Shown: positions 25,228 to 38,814 of the stretch, piece by piece | Numbering within the stretch: the first letter of the stretch is position 1 | How the letters are laid out: each line of letters opens with the position of its first letter | DNA from: Eledone cirrhosa | Taxonomy: Eukaryota | NCBI GenBank assembly: GCA_964016885.1 | Contig: OZ024741.1 | Location: forward strand, 156,674,001-156,738,000 | Direction of reading: 5' to 3' | Length of the DNA stretch: 64,000 nucleotides | Notes under the pieces: generated by a model | What the model saw: only the letters and a program-made list of their open reading frames with translations | What the model was told of the DNA's origin: nothing | The model's database searches: none | Made by a program: the position numbers and the translations under genes

Positions 25228-27191
25228 CTGAGCAATAGAGAAGCTGTATTCTTCTTGGACTACTATCCTAAAGTTAAAGACAGAGAAGGAGGACTCTATT
25301 TCCACTGATAAAATAGAATATGACAGGAATATATTTCAAGAAGACAGTCTCGCTGCGCTACTATTTATCCTGTCATTAAACCCCATGTCCTTTCTGCTCA
25401 AGAAATGTGAAGGATACATCATTGGCTTACAGGAGGACAGAAATACGAACATAACCCATAATTTCTTTGTGGGTGACCTGAAACTCTATGCCAAGAACAT
25501 AAATGGGATGAAGAAAAATCTTGACCTGGTTACAACGTTCTCAAAGGATATTGGAATGAATTTTGGTCAAGATAAATGTTAATATATGATTGTAAAGCGA
25601 GGGCAAATTACAATCCAAAGTAGGTCATTTTTATCAATGGCCAAACTGTTTCACAGATATCTGACGGGAACTGTTACAGAAACCTGGGGATAGATGAGAA
25701 TATATCCTATAATGGTATTTGTTACAAGGAAGGCGTAACCAGGGAATATTATACCCGATTAAGAAAAATGTGATCATCGGAACTCTCTGCGCACAATAAA
25801 ACAGTGGCTCACAATGTGTTTGCTGTGCCTGTCCTAACTCCAACGTTTGGAATACTTGATTGGACGATAGACGAAATCCGAGCAATTGATGTTAAAACTC
25901 GCAAAATTCTAAGTAACCCCGGAAACTTCCACATCAGCAGCGACATAGATGCCTCTACTTGAAACGTAAGCAGAGAGGCAGAGGCCTAACATGAGCCCAG
26001 ACAGCATTTGAATGTCGCATCATATCCCACCGACAACATTTACGAACCTCCAAGCGTAGGAGCCCATCTATTGAGCAAGTCTGTCTGCATGAGACAGATA
26101 AGATCATGAGAGTTGGGAAGGATCTCCTTGAAAGATGCTCCCTGCATGATAATCAAAAGCTCACACCCATTCATGGATGAAAACTGCATGTTTATCAGCA
26201 AAATGTCATGCATGTATGTTGCCAGGAAGTTCCAGAGTGAGAGTAATATAGATAAGCAAAGTAGTCTATCTTTGACCAACAACCGCTATATTGGCTCCCA
26301 TTTTGAAAGATATGCATTTTCAATCCAAGAACAGAAAATCAACACTTGACTCACAAAAGATATAGGGGTGTAGGCAAAACACCTAGATGTCACAACAAAT
26401 GCAAACTCTGAGGAATTAACATTGAAGTTGTCACCCATGTCATAAGCGGCTGTCTAAAGATGTCATCACGGTACTATCTACCTATGAGGCATAATGTAGT
26501 GGCCAACACTGTACAATGCAATCTTTAGAAAAGAGGGCCCGACAATAAACACATTAAAAACTACAGCAATATGGAAGACATACACATATAATATGAACGA
26601 GTACTGGTGGAATGTTCCTGTCAAAACTCCAGTAAAATGCAAGCATAACATCAGATATAATGATATGGGATAGGGAAAAGAAGGCATGCCCAGCAGATGC
26701 CAATGTAATATTAAATATTAGCGAAAAGGAGAATATCTATGCAGAACTAATGAGAAATCTACAGATACTCCACTCTGACTATACCTTCAGATTTATACCT
26801 GTGTTATTGGGGCACTGGGATATGTTAGAAACTGCCTCATTACAAATCTTGAGAAGCTGGGCTTCACAGGAACGGAAAGAACACAACTAGTTAGGAAATT
26901 ACAAGTACAGTCCATTAATGGAACAGTAAAAATATGCAAAATATTCCAAAAATTCTGCATCTAATATCTACATGTACACATCATGTACAGATACAAAGCA
27001 CATGCACACATATAATTTAAAACATCCACATCCACACATGCAATAACATCCATACCTGCACACATAGGCAGACATGCATACATATCTACCTAGTAAATGT
27101 GTAAATTCTATGTTGGAAACTGACTCTCTCTCGCTATTGGTAAACATTTATAAAATTATAAAACCAGATGAACATACATACATACATACAA

Positions 27192-27803
27192 CATGGTGGC
27201 TGCCAACTCGTTTTCGAGTACGACCACTACTTTATATCCATGTAGGATAACCCTTACCGATGCGCTGAACGAGTGTGACTTTTTAGTCCAGCCAGCGACT
27301 TGAAAACTCTGGTACAAACAGTACACTTGTGACAACCATTGACACATAGTGTTGGGCTCGTGGTACCATGTGACGACACGTGCAGAGAGATCTCCAGATA
27401 TAAAGCAATGCCTGTGCCGTGAAGCTTTTATAGTGAGCAAAGGCACTGCACAAAGCCAGTCCCACTCTCTTAACCAAGATGATATTTACCAAAAAGAAGA
27501 ACAAGTCAACATCATTGGATACCATCAGGGTTGCAGGTGTTATATCAGAGTTTTTCCTTCTCCTAGAATTCTGCCTTGACAAAGGCTAAGGGGTCATCTC
27601 TCCCGGTGATTTTGGATGGCCATTGACTCTTAAGAGCTCCTTTGCCCTTTGACAGGTTTTGTTTTTAGTCCTGCAGGATGTCCAAAGTCACCCTCCTCAC
27701 CAAGAAACCTTGGTGGGGTTGCCAGTTTAGTCGCCAACGACCCGACCATGGGACAGGTTGTACTGGGATACATGTTACCAGTAGCACCAACTGGTGACCT
27801 GAC
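27192..27803 (-). mobile_element. Bipartite RTE-derived non-autonomous element
   Basis: RTE 5'-UTR-like ggagaaggaaaactctga is fused to a 3' C2H2 remnant CTVCTRVFKSLAGLKSHTRSAH, a ctcg aaaa cgag stem-loop and a (TATG)n tail. Confidence 0.75.
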
Positions 27804-27856
27804 ATACAACATACATACATACACACATATATACAGGTCTATGAGCATAAAGGAAA

Positions 27857-28034
27857 TCATTGTTTCTACTTTTGACTCAAGGCCAGCAATTATTTCTGGT
27901 ACTTTATTTTATTGACCCTGTAAGGATGAAAGGCAAAGTTAACCTTGGCGGGATTTGAACTCAGACCGTAAAGGGGCGTAAGTCTATGTTGCAAAGCATG
28001 GCGTCCGACCCTCTACCGATACTGCCAATCCACC
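27857..28034 (-). mobile_element. SINE (17890 family)
   Basis: Reverse-complement match. Confidence 0.85.
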
Positions 28035-28035
28035 A

Positions 28036-28960
28036 CCATGACGGAAATAATATCATTAGGATAGCCACTGATCTGGAGGAGAGATATGGAATAAGGCCTG
28101 ATATAAATCTCTGTCCCGGGGAAATTGGAAGATTCTATTCAATTTTCGAACAAAACGAAAATATGGACAAATTTACAAAGTTGTGCATGGGTACTTGAGA
28201 CGAAAAACATAGACCATAGATGGGATAAATCATCCAAAACGTCTGGCATGGAGTTCTGACAAGTTTATGACATCCCACCTTGAAGGATATCTCTATGCAA
28301 TACAGGAACAAGAAATCTCTACCAAAGATCTGCTACACAAAACAGGATGGCTATCAGTCGATAATAAATGTAGGTTTTGTAAAACAAAAATCGAAGATAA
28401 GTCACATTGTTGCCAACTGCAAAAGGATGTCGTCTCGCTGCTACCTCCCAATGCGACACAATGTGATAGCTAGAACCGTCTGGAGCGCACTAAGGAAAAT
28501 AAAATTAAAAACAAATGAGGAGGAATATGTTGAGATAGATGGCGCTAAAGAATACTCGTGGAACCTGAAAATAAAAATTGCCACCAAATTAAAGCAGAAC
28601 CGGTCTGGTACTATTGTTTGGGATCACACATTGAAAACGTGCTCTTTTGTAGATATCAGCTGCCCACTTGATGTCAACGTTGTAAGAAAAATACAAGAGA
28701 AGGGGGACATCTAAGGACCATTGATGATAAGTTTGCAGATCCAGTATCCAAGATACACCTTCAGCTTCATACCCATCATTATTGGAGCTACATGTTATAT
28801 ACCAACCCGCTTGGATTAAAGTATAACTGAACTTGGATTTGTGGACAAAGTGCGCAGCTCCCTAATTCATAGACTACAAATGGCTGCAAAACAGTCTTGC
28901 GATTCTAGGGATGGCAATTTCTTTATTTTACAACCTTGCCACCCGGAAGGTGGCCGAAAC
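28036..28960 (+). mobile_element. 3' fragment of a second R4-like LINE
   Basis: EGYLYAIQEQEI, CRFC..SHIVANC..YLPMRHNVIA, IVWD..VDISCPLD; 3' hairpin gccacc cggaa ggtggc followed by CATC/CATA repeats. Confidence 0.8.
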
Positions 28961-28996
28961 ATCCATCCATACATAGATAGATATATATGTATGTAC

Positions 28997-29384
28997 GGAG
29001 AAGGAAAACTCTGATATAACACCTGCAACCCTGATGGTATCCAATGATGTTGACTTGTTCTTCTTTTTGGTAAATATCATCTTGGTTAAGAGAGTGGGAC
29101 TGGCTTTGTGCAGTGCCTTTGCTCACTATAAAAGCTTCACGGCACAGGCATTGCTTTATATCTGGAGATCTCTCTGCACTTGTCGTCACATGGTACCATG
29201 GGCCCAGCACTATGTGTCAATAATTGTCACAAGTGTAGTGTTTGTACCAGAGTTTTCAAGTCGCTGGCTGGTCTGAAAAGTCACACTCGTTCAGCGCATC
29301 GGTAGGCGTTCTCCTACATGGATATAAAGTAGTGGCCGTACTCGAAAACGAGTTGGCAGTCACCATGTATGTATGTATGTATGT
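28997..29384 (+). mobile_element. 5'-truncated copy of the bipartite RTE-derived element
   Basis: Highly similar reverse complement of 27192-27563. Confidence 0.85.
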
Positions 29385-29399
29385 AGTCACCCATGTATA

Positions 29400-29585
29400 C
29401 TAGTCTCGACGCCACCGATGTTGTCCAAGGAAAAGTCAACGGCCAATACAGCAACTCATTTCGACAGCTGCATGAACTGTAACAACATGAAATGTCTTGC
29501 CCAAGAACACAACACAACATCCTATCAGGAAACGAATTCAGAATCTCACGATTGTCACTCCGACGTTCTGGCCAGTAAGCCACGG
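29400..29585 (-). mobile_element. tRNA-derived SINE of a second family
   Basis: The - strand reads gtgttgtgttcttgggcaagacatttc...cagctg..aaatgagt; similar to the 31222 copy. Confidence 0.65.
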
Positions 29586-29602
29586 GACTTCACATACACC
29601 CA

Positions 29603-29623
29603 TCTATATACATAAAACTGACG

Positions 29624-29720
<97 letters not shown>

Positions 29721-30316
29721 TTTGAATCACTAAAACTCGAGAAGTACCCAACCGATTCTTTTCAAACTTTACATGTGTATTACTTGTTTCAGGGAGTGTT
29801 ATGCACATGAAATTATTAAACTTTTTGATCCCCTAGGGCCCGCATTAGGTGAAAAACTGCGTTTTCTTTTCAGCTTTTTAGGGGTTTTTTGATGCGTTAC
29901 GTCAGACCGATTTCCTTGAAATTGTAACTATGTATTAGTTAGTTTCTTCTTCATACCGTGAGCAAAGAAAATCCAACTTTTTTATGGCATAGGGCCCGCA
30001 TTAGGTGAAAAACTTCATTTTTTCAGCCTTTTAGGGCTTTTTTGAGGCGTTACGTCTAGCCGATTTTCCAGAAATTTCAAGGCATAATATGCACATAAAA
30101 AAATTCATATTCTTCAACCCCTAGGGCCCGCATTAGGTGAAAACCTACATTTTTCCTGCTTCATCGAGGAAAATCTTAAAGATTATCCAGCCATCAGAGT
30201 ATTCGGTTTATTTTCTTTACAAATTGTCCAGGAATGCAGTTTTTCCACGATTAGGTCTTTTGGCGGCCCGCGATCCAACATATATTATCCCGTGCAACGC
30301 CGGGTACCGCTGCTAG
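29603..30316 (+). mobile_element. Non-autonomous Helitron with internal tandem repeats
   Basis: A|TCTATATACATAAAA, (TG)n, three copies of tagggcccgcattaggtgaaaa, hairpin cccgtgcaacgccggg, CTAG|T. Confidence 0.88.
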
Positions 30317-30351
<35 letters not shown>

Positions 30352-30443
30352 TTATAATTATATATATATATATAAACATACATATTTATATACATATATA
30401 CATACATACATCTTACATACTTATATGCACGCAATACATACAC

Positions 30444-30504
<61 letters not shown>

Positions 30505-30870
30505 TGTGTGTGTATGTGTATATAAAGATATATATAGAGACAAAAAGAGTGTAAGAGACGGCAGTAAGTGTAAAGAGAACATATCTAAACTAGAATTTTT
30601 TATACACATGCTATATTTTATTATTTTAATTTTCCAAATTATAACACACCTATCTAATATATTTCAATCTCAATTAAAGGTGTCAACCATTTCTTTTGTA
30701 AAGAATTTAGCAAATTTATATATATATATAACTTTTTTTAGTTATTGTTCGCACCAACCTGAGGTATCTGAGTTTTAATGCGTTAAATACCAATGATGGT
30801 TGGAAAATCACTGACGAAGGACTATTTTTATCATATGTAACCCATGTGCAACCCACGCAGTATTCTTCTC

Positions 30871-30922
<52 letters not shown>

Positions 30923-30924
30923 AT

Positions 30925-30998
<74 letters not shown>

Positions 30999-31221
30999 GT
31001 ATATATATATACATATATCTGGAAGGAAAGGAAAGAGTTATTTATTTAATTATATGTCTCATATAAAATAATACAACTAGCTATCCACGAAATACTGATT
31101 AGTTAGCACCCCAAACACTAAATTGTGAAAATACTTAGGTATATCGTAATATTTGTTGAGTGAGATGGAGTTGGTCAGTGTACCGCTTAAGGCTTTCTCT
31201 CTTAATGTATATATATATATA

Positions 31222-31452
31222 TATCACCTTGACCGACCAATCTGTCGGGCGCCAATCGGCGCCGCTGGTCACAGTGGGTCTTGGTTTTTTAGCCATAAGA
31301 TAACGCCATCCCACTTGCTGGGCGGGTGGGTAGGGAGGGTACTCATTTCTACAGCTGAGTAAACTGGAGCAACGTGAAATAAAGTGTCTTGCTCAAGCAA
31401 ACAACACGTCACCCGGTCCGAGAATTGTGTCCACAACCTTTCGATTGCAAAA

Positions 31453-31455
<3 letters not shown>
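31222..31455 (-). mobile_element. tRNA-derived SINE of the second family
   Basis: The - strand reads ttgagcaagacactttatttcacgttgctccagtttactcagctgtagaaatgagtacc. Confidence 0.7.
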
Positions 31456-31506
<51 letters not shown>

Positions 31507-31511
<5 letters not shown>

Positions 31512-31570
31512 TGAATGTGTTCTGTTATTAATTCTGGCAATATTATTATTACACAAATATGACCCTCCCC

Positions 31571-31638
<68 letters not shown>

Positions 31639-31695
31639 TGAATGTGTTCTGTTATTAATTCTGGCAATATTATTATTACACATATATGACCCTCC

Positions 31696-31700
<5 letters not shown>
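31507..31700. repeat. Two 65-bp direct copies separated by (TA)n
   Basis: cagtgaatgtgttctg...tatgaccctcccc occurs twice. Confidence 0.85.
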
Positions 31701-31738
<38 letters not shown>

Positions 31739-31809
31739 GTTGTCATTTCCCACTTACGCAGAACTGTATTTTTTAAATTTCTCTTATAGATCATGTTTTC
31801 ATAAATTAT

Positions 31810-32860
31810 CCACCTTCCGTCTTAGTTTGAGAAACATCTCTCACTAGACATGTGTAGGCACATTTCTTGCATGGCCACGTTTGAATACATATATTCTGTG
31901 CTATCTTGGATATTAATCTTGCAGACATCATTTCTATAAAAATCGATGCTATAACGTTTTCATAACATGTGGTCAGTGATAGAGTTTTGTCTTCGCCTCC
32001 ACAACTGGATAAACTATTAAGAAAATATTCATTTGAGAGGTAAATCAACAAGAGTAGTCAGACTTATAGGTACCAGTTCGATTCTAATGTGTAAAAGAAA
32101 AAATATGCAAATATATGCTTTCAGTAGCATGGACTATAGATTAAAAAGTAATATTCTAATTTTAATTCCTGGTTTTACCTTCATTACCATACTTCTCATG
32201 ACATAGTTTGCTCATATATATCGATGTTTAAAAGAATAACAAATGTTGATGGACTTTAGTAAAATAACTAATTTCTTCATTATTAACAGCAGATTCTGAA
32301 ATATTGTTTGTCGAATACGCGAGACTTAGTAGTTACATGTTCGACTCACGATCGTAAGATGGCGATTTCGATTTCCAGTGACGCCATGCATCCTTGAGCA
32401 AGACAATATATTAGTTGCGCCTGCTATTGAAAAAAACCAACCTTGTGTTTGGCACTTAATCTCCTTGAATACTACGCTATTGTTGAACGTATCCATGCAA
32501 TGTCCGGCCACTTGGGCGTTAATTTCACAAGCCATCTGGAACACTTGTCACGAACCACTGGAACACACGTCTTTAGAACATACGGAAATTCAAGACATTT
32601 ATTCACATTTACATTTACATGCCAGAAAAAGCAATGATTAATTTGAACAATCGTACATTAATTGTTATTTGGCAGGAGACGTGGAAATACCACGTCATTT
32701 TATAAATGTAATCTCATGCGTGCACAGACAGTTTTCCAACAAATAGATCAATTAGGGAAGAAAACACTCAAACTCTGATCACCCGTTTGTTTTGTCTTAG
32801 ACTGTTTCAGCTTCGCATCTGAAAAGAGGGTAATAGCCCTGAAATAGCATGCTAAAATAC
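31810..32860 (-). pseudogene. Possible decayed piggyBac-like transposase
   Basis: Weak echoes only: LFSDAKLKQ..GD, KWP, and a Cys-rich C-terminus ending ERCF. Confidence 0.25.
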
Positions 32861-33299
32861 ACAGGATAAAACATTATTTTGTTTTATTTTGTTTCATTTG
32901 TCATCATTTGCCCTTTATATTTTCTAATGCATTTTATATGTTTTAAAAATGTATTGGTGTTTTACTATATATCTCACAATGCTTCGTATTAACTACTTTA
33001 CTCGAATTTGTTTATATTGATGTATATATGTATGGACTTTCATAACATTTATGTACACATGTATAGGACTTCATGACTTTGAAGTATATATGTATAGATT
33101 TTAATAACATGGTTGTATGTATTATTTTTTCTTTATGATATTGGTATATAGATCTTGATAACAAAATTGTAGACAATATGAATTTTTATAACACGGATGC
33201 ATACATGCACGGATCTTGATAACATAGATGTAAATATGTATAAACCTTCAGAATATTGTGTCATTATGCAAACTATTTCTATTATTTCTTCGGTTTCGT

Positions 33300-33662
33300 T
33301 CCCTTGGAAGTGACTGAGCATTCCACAGTCGGCGCGTACCCTTAACGAGACTCAGCATGAGGTTGTGAAAAGACTGGCCTTTTAAAATACTAGTTCAGGC
33401 CATTTTTGCATGTTAGAGTAAGTAGCTGAGTATTCCGCAGACATCGCATACCCGTAACGTACTACCTGGGAAGATTCATCATGACACAATACGTGACAAA
33501 TCTTTGAATTGCAGGTACAGTCCATCCAACGATATTCAAGTCAATTTAGCTCTCAAGCCTTGGGTCAACCCGTGACTGTGGTAAAAATACTTGATCAAGA
33601 CACTATGTAGAGGTATTGAACTTCTTAACGTCGTGATTGCGAGGTGAACTTCTTAACCACCC
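33300..33662 (-). mobile_element. Old SINE-like repeat with an internal duplication
   Basis: ctgag(c/t)attcc(a/g)cag...accc(t/g)taacg is duplicated; tRNA-like gtggttaagaag...gttcaatacc on the - strand. Confidence 0.5.
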
Positions 33663-34149
33663 AATTATTATTGCATTTGATATTACTAAAAACTTTAGTA
33701 TGTTAACGTCATAGATACATTTACTTACGTTTGATGAAAAGTTATTTCATGGACGTGATTGATACATTAATGTTCCAGACCTCCTAACTTTCAGTTCAAA
33801 TTCCCTGAAGACATTATACCATCTTACTCCATATCACAGAAGTGAGAGGAATGCATGAAATAATTCTCTACTTCACTTAATATAATCAACTACAACCACA
33901 CATATACAAACGTTGATTTCATTCTATACTGAAAGATAATAAAAATTATGATTTCATTTCTACCTATAACGTATATGTGTGTATGAATGTCTGTATACAT
34001 ACATGAGCGCGCGTGTGTGTATACAGACTGACACCACACACACATGCATATGCAGACAAAGAGATCTTTAAAATGTATCATGGCGGAAGAATTGAGAGCA
34101 GACGTAATATCTTTTGAAAGTAAACACCTGTCTGGAGACATTTTATAAA

Positions 34150-35020
34150 GAACAACCACCACAACACGACCAACAGCAGAAGGAACAATGTTATCATCAC
34201 CACCAACTAAATCACCAACCACAACACCAACAACAACATCACCACCAACGGCAACACGACCAACATCATCAAGAACAGCAACATCATCAGCATCACCAAC
34301 ACCACCAGCACCACAGTAGCCATAACACCAACAACATTAACATCAACAACAATGACACCAACACCTCCACAACACCAACAACAACATCACCACCAACGGC
34401 AACATCCTCAGCATCACCAACAACACCACCACCACCACAGTAGCCATAACACCAACAACATTAACATCAACAACAATTACAATGACACCACCACCTCCAC
34501 AACACCAACAACAATAATAACAATATAGTCGACAATAAAATCACAAACTTAACTCACTGACAACAACTATAAACATAAATATAAACGTAAAAGGCAAATT
34601 TTAAGAATAGACGTTATCAGAGAATAACTCCTCCTTCGCCTCTCCTACTCATCTCTTCTTTCCTCTTTTCCTCTGCTCTACTATTCTCCTTTTCTTATCT
34701 TCCTTTCGTTTTCCTTCATACTTTCCCCTCCTACCTTCTCTTCTCTCCTCTGCCTTCTCTTTCTTCTCCTTTTTTCCTCTTCTTCCCTCATCTTTCCCCT
34801 CTTCCTTCCTCTTCTTTTCTCTGCCTTCCCATTCTCTCCTTTTCTCCTCTTCTTCTGAGCCTCTTCTCTCCTGCCCCCCCCCCTTCTCTCATCATCTCTC
34901 ATATACTCTCTTGTTTCCCCAACATCTCCTTCTTCCCTCTTCTCTCACCCTCTCCGCTCCTCCCTTTTCTTTTTTCTTCTCCTCTTCTTTCCTTTTCTCC
35001 GCTACTTCTTCACCTTTCCT
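34150..35020. repeat. (CAA/CAC)n tract followed by a polypyrimidine tract
   Basis: Direct sequence. Confidence 0.9.
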
Positions 35021-35619
35021 GTACCCATTTCACAGAGCATGAGCGATTATTTCAGGCATAAATCCTATAAATTCTTTACTGAATAATAAAGTCGACGACG
35101 ACAGTTAAAATGGTAAAGTTTGACACCACAGAGTCTTCAGAAAGGAAATATAATGGTTTCTAGAGAAAATCTCCTCCAACACAGAATTGTTATTGCTGCT
35201 ACGACAGAGGAATCCTTGACTTTTAATTAAATGTTCTCTGCGTCATCTATTTATCTTTTTATAATGTTTGACTTTTTGATTTGATTGTGTCTGTATTTTT
35301 CTGTGCTATTGTTCATTTATGCGTCTGTCCTTATGTCCCTATCTTATATTTTATATCTTCAAATTTCGTTTCCTTTACTATTATTTCTTTTTATTCTTTT
35401 ACTAGTTTCAGTTATTAGAGTGTGGCCATGCTATGGCACCGCCTTGATTTAGTCAATCATATCGAACGCAGTACTTAAATGTTCATATACATTCATTTAT
35501 TATCTTCTGTGTTGATTTTTTGTTTTTTCGAACCACTAAGTTACGGGGCATAGATAGATAACAGACACAGACGGAAACATAGACGTGGACACACACACAC
35601 ACACTCTCACAAACGCACG

Positions 35620-35726
<107 letters not shown>

Positions 35727-35774
35727 ATGAAATGACAGGAGGCTGGATTTGTGTAAATCCTTGAAAGGTTTATT

Positions 35775-35832
35775 ATACTATGATCATTTCAATGACCGGG
35801 TTCCGTATGAATCCGGTGATATCATCAGGTAT
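35775..35832 (-). ncRNA. Type I hammerhead ribozyme (family A)
   Basis: Mirror of 38757-38814. Confidence 0.75.
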
Positions 35833-38756
35833 TCGAAATATAATACGTGAATGTAATAGGTAAAATCCATGGGGCTGAAAATCGAGACCCGAGGGCGACC
35901 GCTATTCTGTTCCTTCAACCTCAGCCGGTCGCCCTGGAGTGACGTGGCTAAATTTTATAGTATGCTACTACCGGTCAGATGAACGAAAACAGAAAGAGAT
36001 GGGAGCATAGGTTAACGTCGATCCCATGACACAAGGTAAAAGAAAGAAAGAAATGAAGGAGAAGAAGGGGGAAGAAAGAAGAAGAGAAGTCAGGGTTAAT
36101 GTCAGCTAAAAGAGGAAGGTAACTGCTACTGGTCAGATATAGGCAAGCAAGGGGGGGAAGGAAGATAAGTCTGCAGGGAGGAGGAGAGGAGAGAAGGAAG
36201 GGAAGAGAGAAGTAGAAAAGTAAGGGTTGATGGCTACAAGAAGGAAGATAGAAAGGAAGAGGAAGAAAGGTCGATATTAATGTCAGACCACAGTCAAGCC
36301 AGGAGTGGCGCGAGAAAATTTTCACAGGGACCCGCATCTTAGCGGAGATGGATATACTGGGAGTCAGTGTTTTACAGTGTTTAGACTTCTAGGATGAAGT
36401 TAAAAACATTTAATAATCAATATTCAATATTAAAGAGGTTAGAAAATTTAAAGTTCAACAGTTTAACAATTAATTATATAATAGTTCCGATTTGTTCTGT
36501 AATTTAAAGGTACTATTTGGCGGTTAAAACAACGGCCGCGCCCTGGGCCCCATGGCGAATTAAGCCACGCCGAGTATTTTCATTTACTGAAAGAAGGGGA
36601 AATTTATTTTTCCAAGCACTCTAGGTGAGCTCGTTCGCCACGGAGCTGGTCGCGCCGCCATTAAAACCCACCCAACAGTCCGACAGAAAGTTGGAATTTT
36701 AAAATTTAGCTTAGAGAAGTAAAAGAGTAATGGTTGATAGCTACAAGAAGGAAGATAGAAAGAGAGAGGAAGGAAGGTCGATATTAATGTCACACCACAG
36801 TCGGGCCAGGAGTGGCGCGACAAAATTTTCACAGGGACTCGCATCTTAGCAGAGGTGAATATATTGGGGGTCAGTGTGTTACAATGTTTAGACTTATAGG
36901 ATGAAGTTAAAAAATTAATAAATTAATAATCAATATTCCATATTAAAGAGGTTAGAAAACTTAAAGCTCAACAGTTTCAGGTTGATATATATAATAGTTC
37001 CGATTTGTTCTGTAATTTAAAGGTACTATTTGGCGGTTAAAACACCGGCCGCGCCCCAGGCCCCATGGCTAATTAAGCCACGCCGAGTATTTTCATTTAC
37101 TGAAAGAAGGGGAATTAATTTTTCCAAGCACTCCAGGTGAGCCCGTTCGCCAGGGAGCTGGTCGCGCCGCCGCTAAAACCCACCCAACGGTCCGACAGAA
37201 AGTTGGAACTTTAGAATTTTGCTTAACTCTATCGGATGAAGTTGAAAGAATTCAGAATAACATTATGAAACTAAGGAGTAAGAGGATTGAGAATTGAACA
37301 AACAGAAAATTGAAGATTAGACATTCAAATAACTTCTATGAGGTTTTGGGTTGCGGGGTTTAATTAAATAGTCTTTTATGAAGAAACGTTAATTGTATTA
37401 TGTAGATCTGTAATTTATCCTAGTGGGATGTAGAGTACGGGATATAGTCGTGTAATGTTTAATTTTTGTTCTCAGGAGGAGACATTCTAGTGTCGTGTGC
37501 TAATGGGTACAGGTCCCAATGTGAGGAGTAGAAATACATGGATACATAGAAGTGGAATACGTGGAAGAGCTAAATTACAGAACAAATCGGAACTATTATA
37601 TATATCAACCTGAAACTGTTGAGCTTTAAGTTTTCTAACCTCTTTAATATGGAATATTGATTATTAATTTATTAATTTTTTAACTTCATTCTATAAGTCT
37701 AAACATTGTAACACACTGACCCCCAATATATTCACCTCTGCTAAGATGCGAGTCCCTGTGAAAATTTTGTCGCACCACTCCTGGCCCGACTGTGGTGTGA
37801 CATTAATATCGACCTTCCTTCCTCTCTCTTTCTATCTTCCTTCTTGTAGCTATCAACCATTACTCTTTTACTTCTCTAAGCTAAATTTTAAAGTTCCAAC
37901 TTTCTGTCGGACTGTTGGGTGGGTTTTAATGGCGGCGCGACCAGCTCCGTGGCGAACGAGCTCACCTAGAGTGCTTGGAAAAATAAATTTCCCCTTCTTT
38001 CAGTAAATGAAAATACTCGGCGTGGCTTAATTCGCCATGGGGCCCGGGGCGCGGCCGTTGTTTTAACCGCCAAATAGTACCTTTAAATTACAGAACAAAT
38101 CGGAACTATTATATAATTAATTGTTAAACTGTTGAACTTTAAATTTTCTAACCTCTTTAATATTGAATATTGATTATTAAATGTTTTTAACTTCATCCTA
38201 GAAGTCTAAACACTGTAAAACACTGACTCCCAATATATCCATCTCCGCTAAGATGCGGGTCCCTGTGAAAATTTTCTCGCGACACTCCTGGCTTGACCGT
38301 GGTCTGACATTAATATCGACCTTTCTTCCTCTTCCTTTCTATCTTCCTTCTTGTAGCCATCAACCCTTACTTTTCTACTTCTCTCTTCCCTTCCTTCTCT
38401 CCTCTCCTCCTCCCTGCAGACTTATCTTCCTTCCCCCCCTTGCTTGCCTATATCTGACCAGTAGCAGTTACCTTCCTCTTTTAGCTGACATTAACCCTGA
38501 CTTCTCTACTTCTTTCTTCCCCCTTCTTCTCCTTCCTTTCTTTCTTTCTTTTACCTTGTGTCATGGGATCGACGTTAACCTATGCTCCCATCTCTTTCTG
38601 TTTTCGTTCATCTGACCGGTAGTAGCATACTATAAAATTTAGCCACGTCACTCCAGGGCGACCGGCTGAGTTGAAGGAACAGAATAGCGGTCGCCCTCGG
38701 GTCTCGATTTTCAGCCCCATGGATTTTACCTATTACATTCACGTATTATATTTCGA

Positions 38757-38814
38757 ATACCTGATGATATCACCGGATTCATACGGAACCTGGTCATTGA
38801 AATGATCATAGTAT
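38757..38814 (+). ncRNA. Type I hammerhead ribozyme (family A)
   Basis: atac-CTGATGA-[accgg.ttc atacg gaa.c(c/t)ggt]-GAAA-TGATCA-TA-gtat, with palindromic stem III ATGATCAT. Confidence 0.78.

Larger units (their letters stand above)
22680..27171 (+). mobile_element. Decayed R4-like RLE non-LTR retrotransposon (RT plus CCHC/RLE), interrupted by a Helitron and a SINE
   Basis: YRPIVCQN, EQLLINK, WLDYRKAFDSV, IFQEDSL, FVGDLKLYA, GMNFGQDKC, RGRGL, IQEQKINT, THVISGC..YLPMRHNVVA, YWWNVPV; ends at (CATA)n. Confidence 0.85.

Noticed and set aside
27700-27803. HDV-like ribozyme at the 5' end of the RTE-derived elements
   Set aside because: P1/P3/L3 could not be fitted consistently in both copies by eye.
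29830-30145. CRISPR-like spaced repeats (also the LTR gctcgaccggaagg repeats)
   Set aside because: Eukaryotic context, the spacers are mutually similar, and there are no cas genes.
35020-35230. Host exon after a polypyrimidine tract
   Set aside because: An acceptor-like ttcacag exists, but there is no sustained frame or other support.
35975-38615. Repeated MRVPVKI... and MAVKT... ORFs as genes
   Set aside because: No recognisable domains; they lie in repeat units and polypyrimidine tracts, and frames differ among copies.
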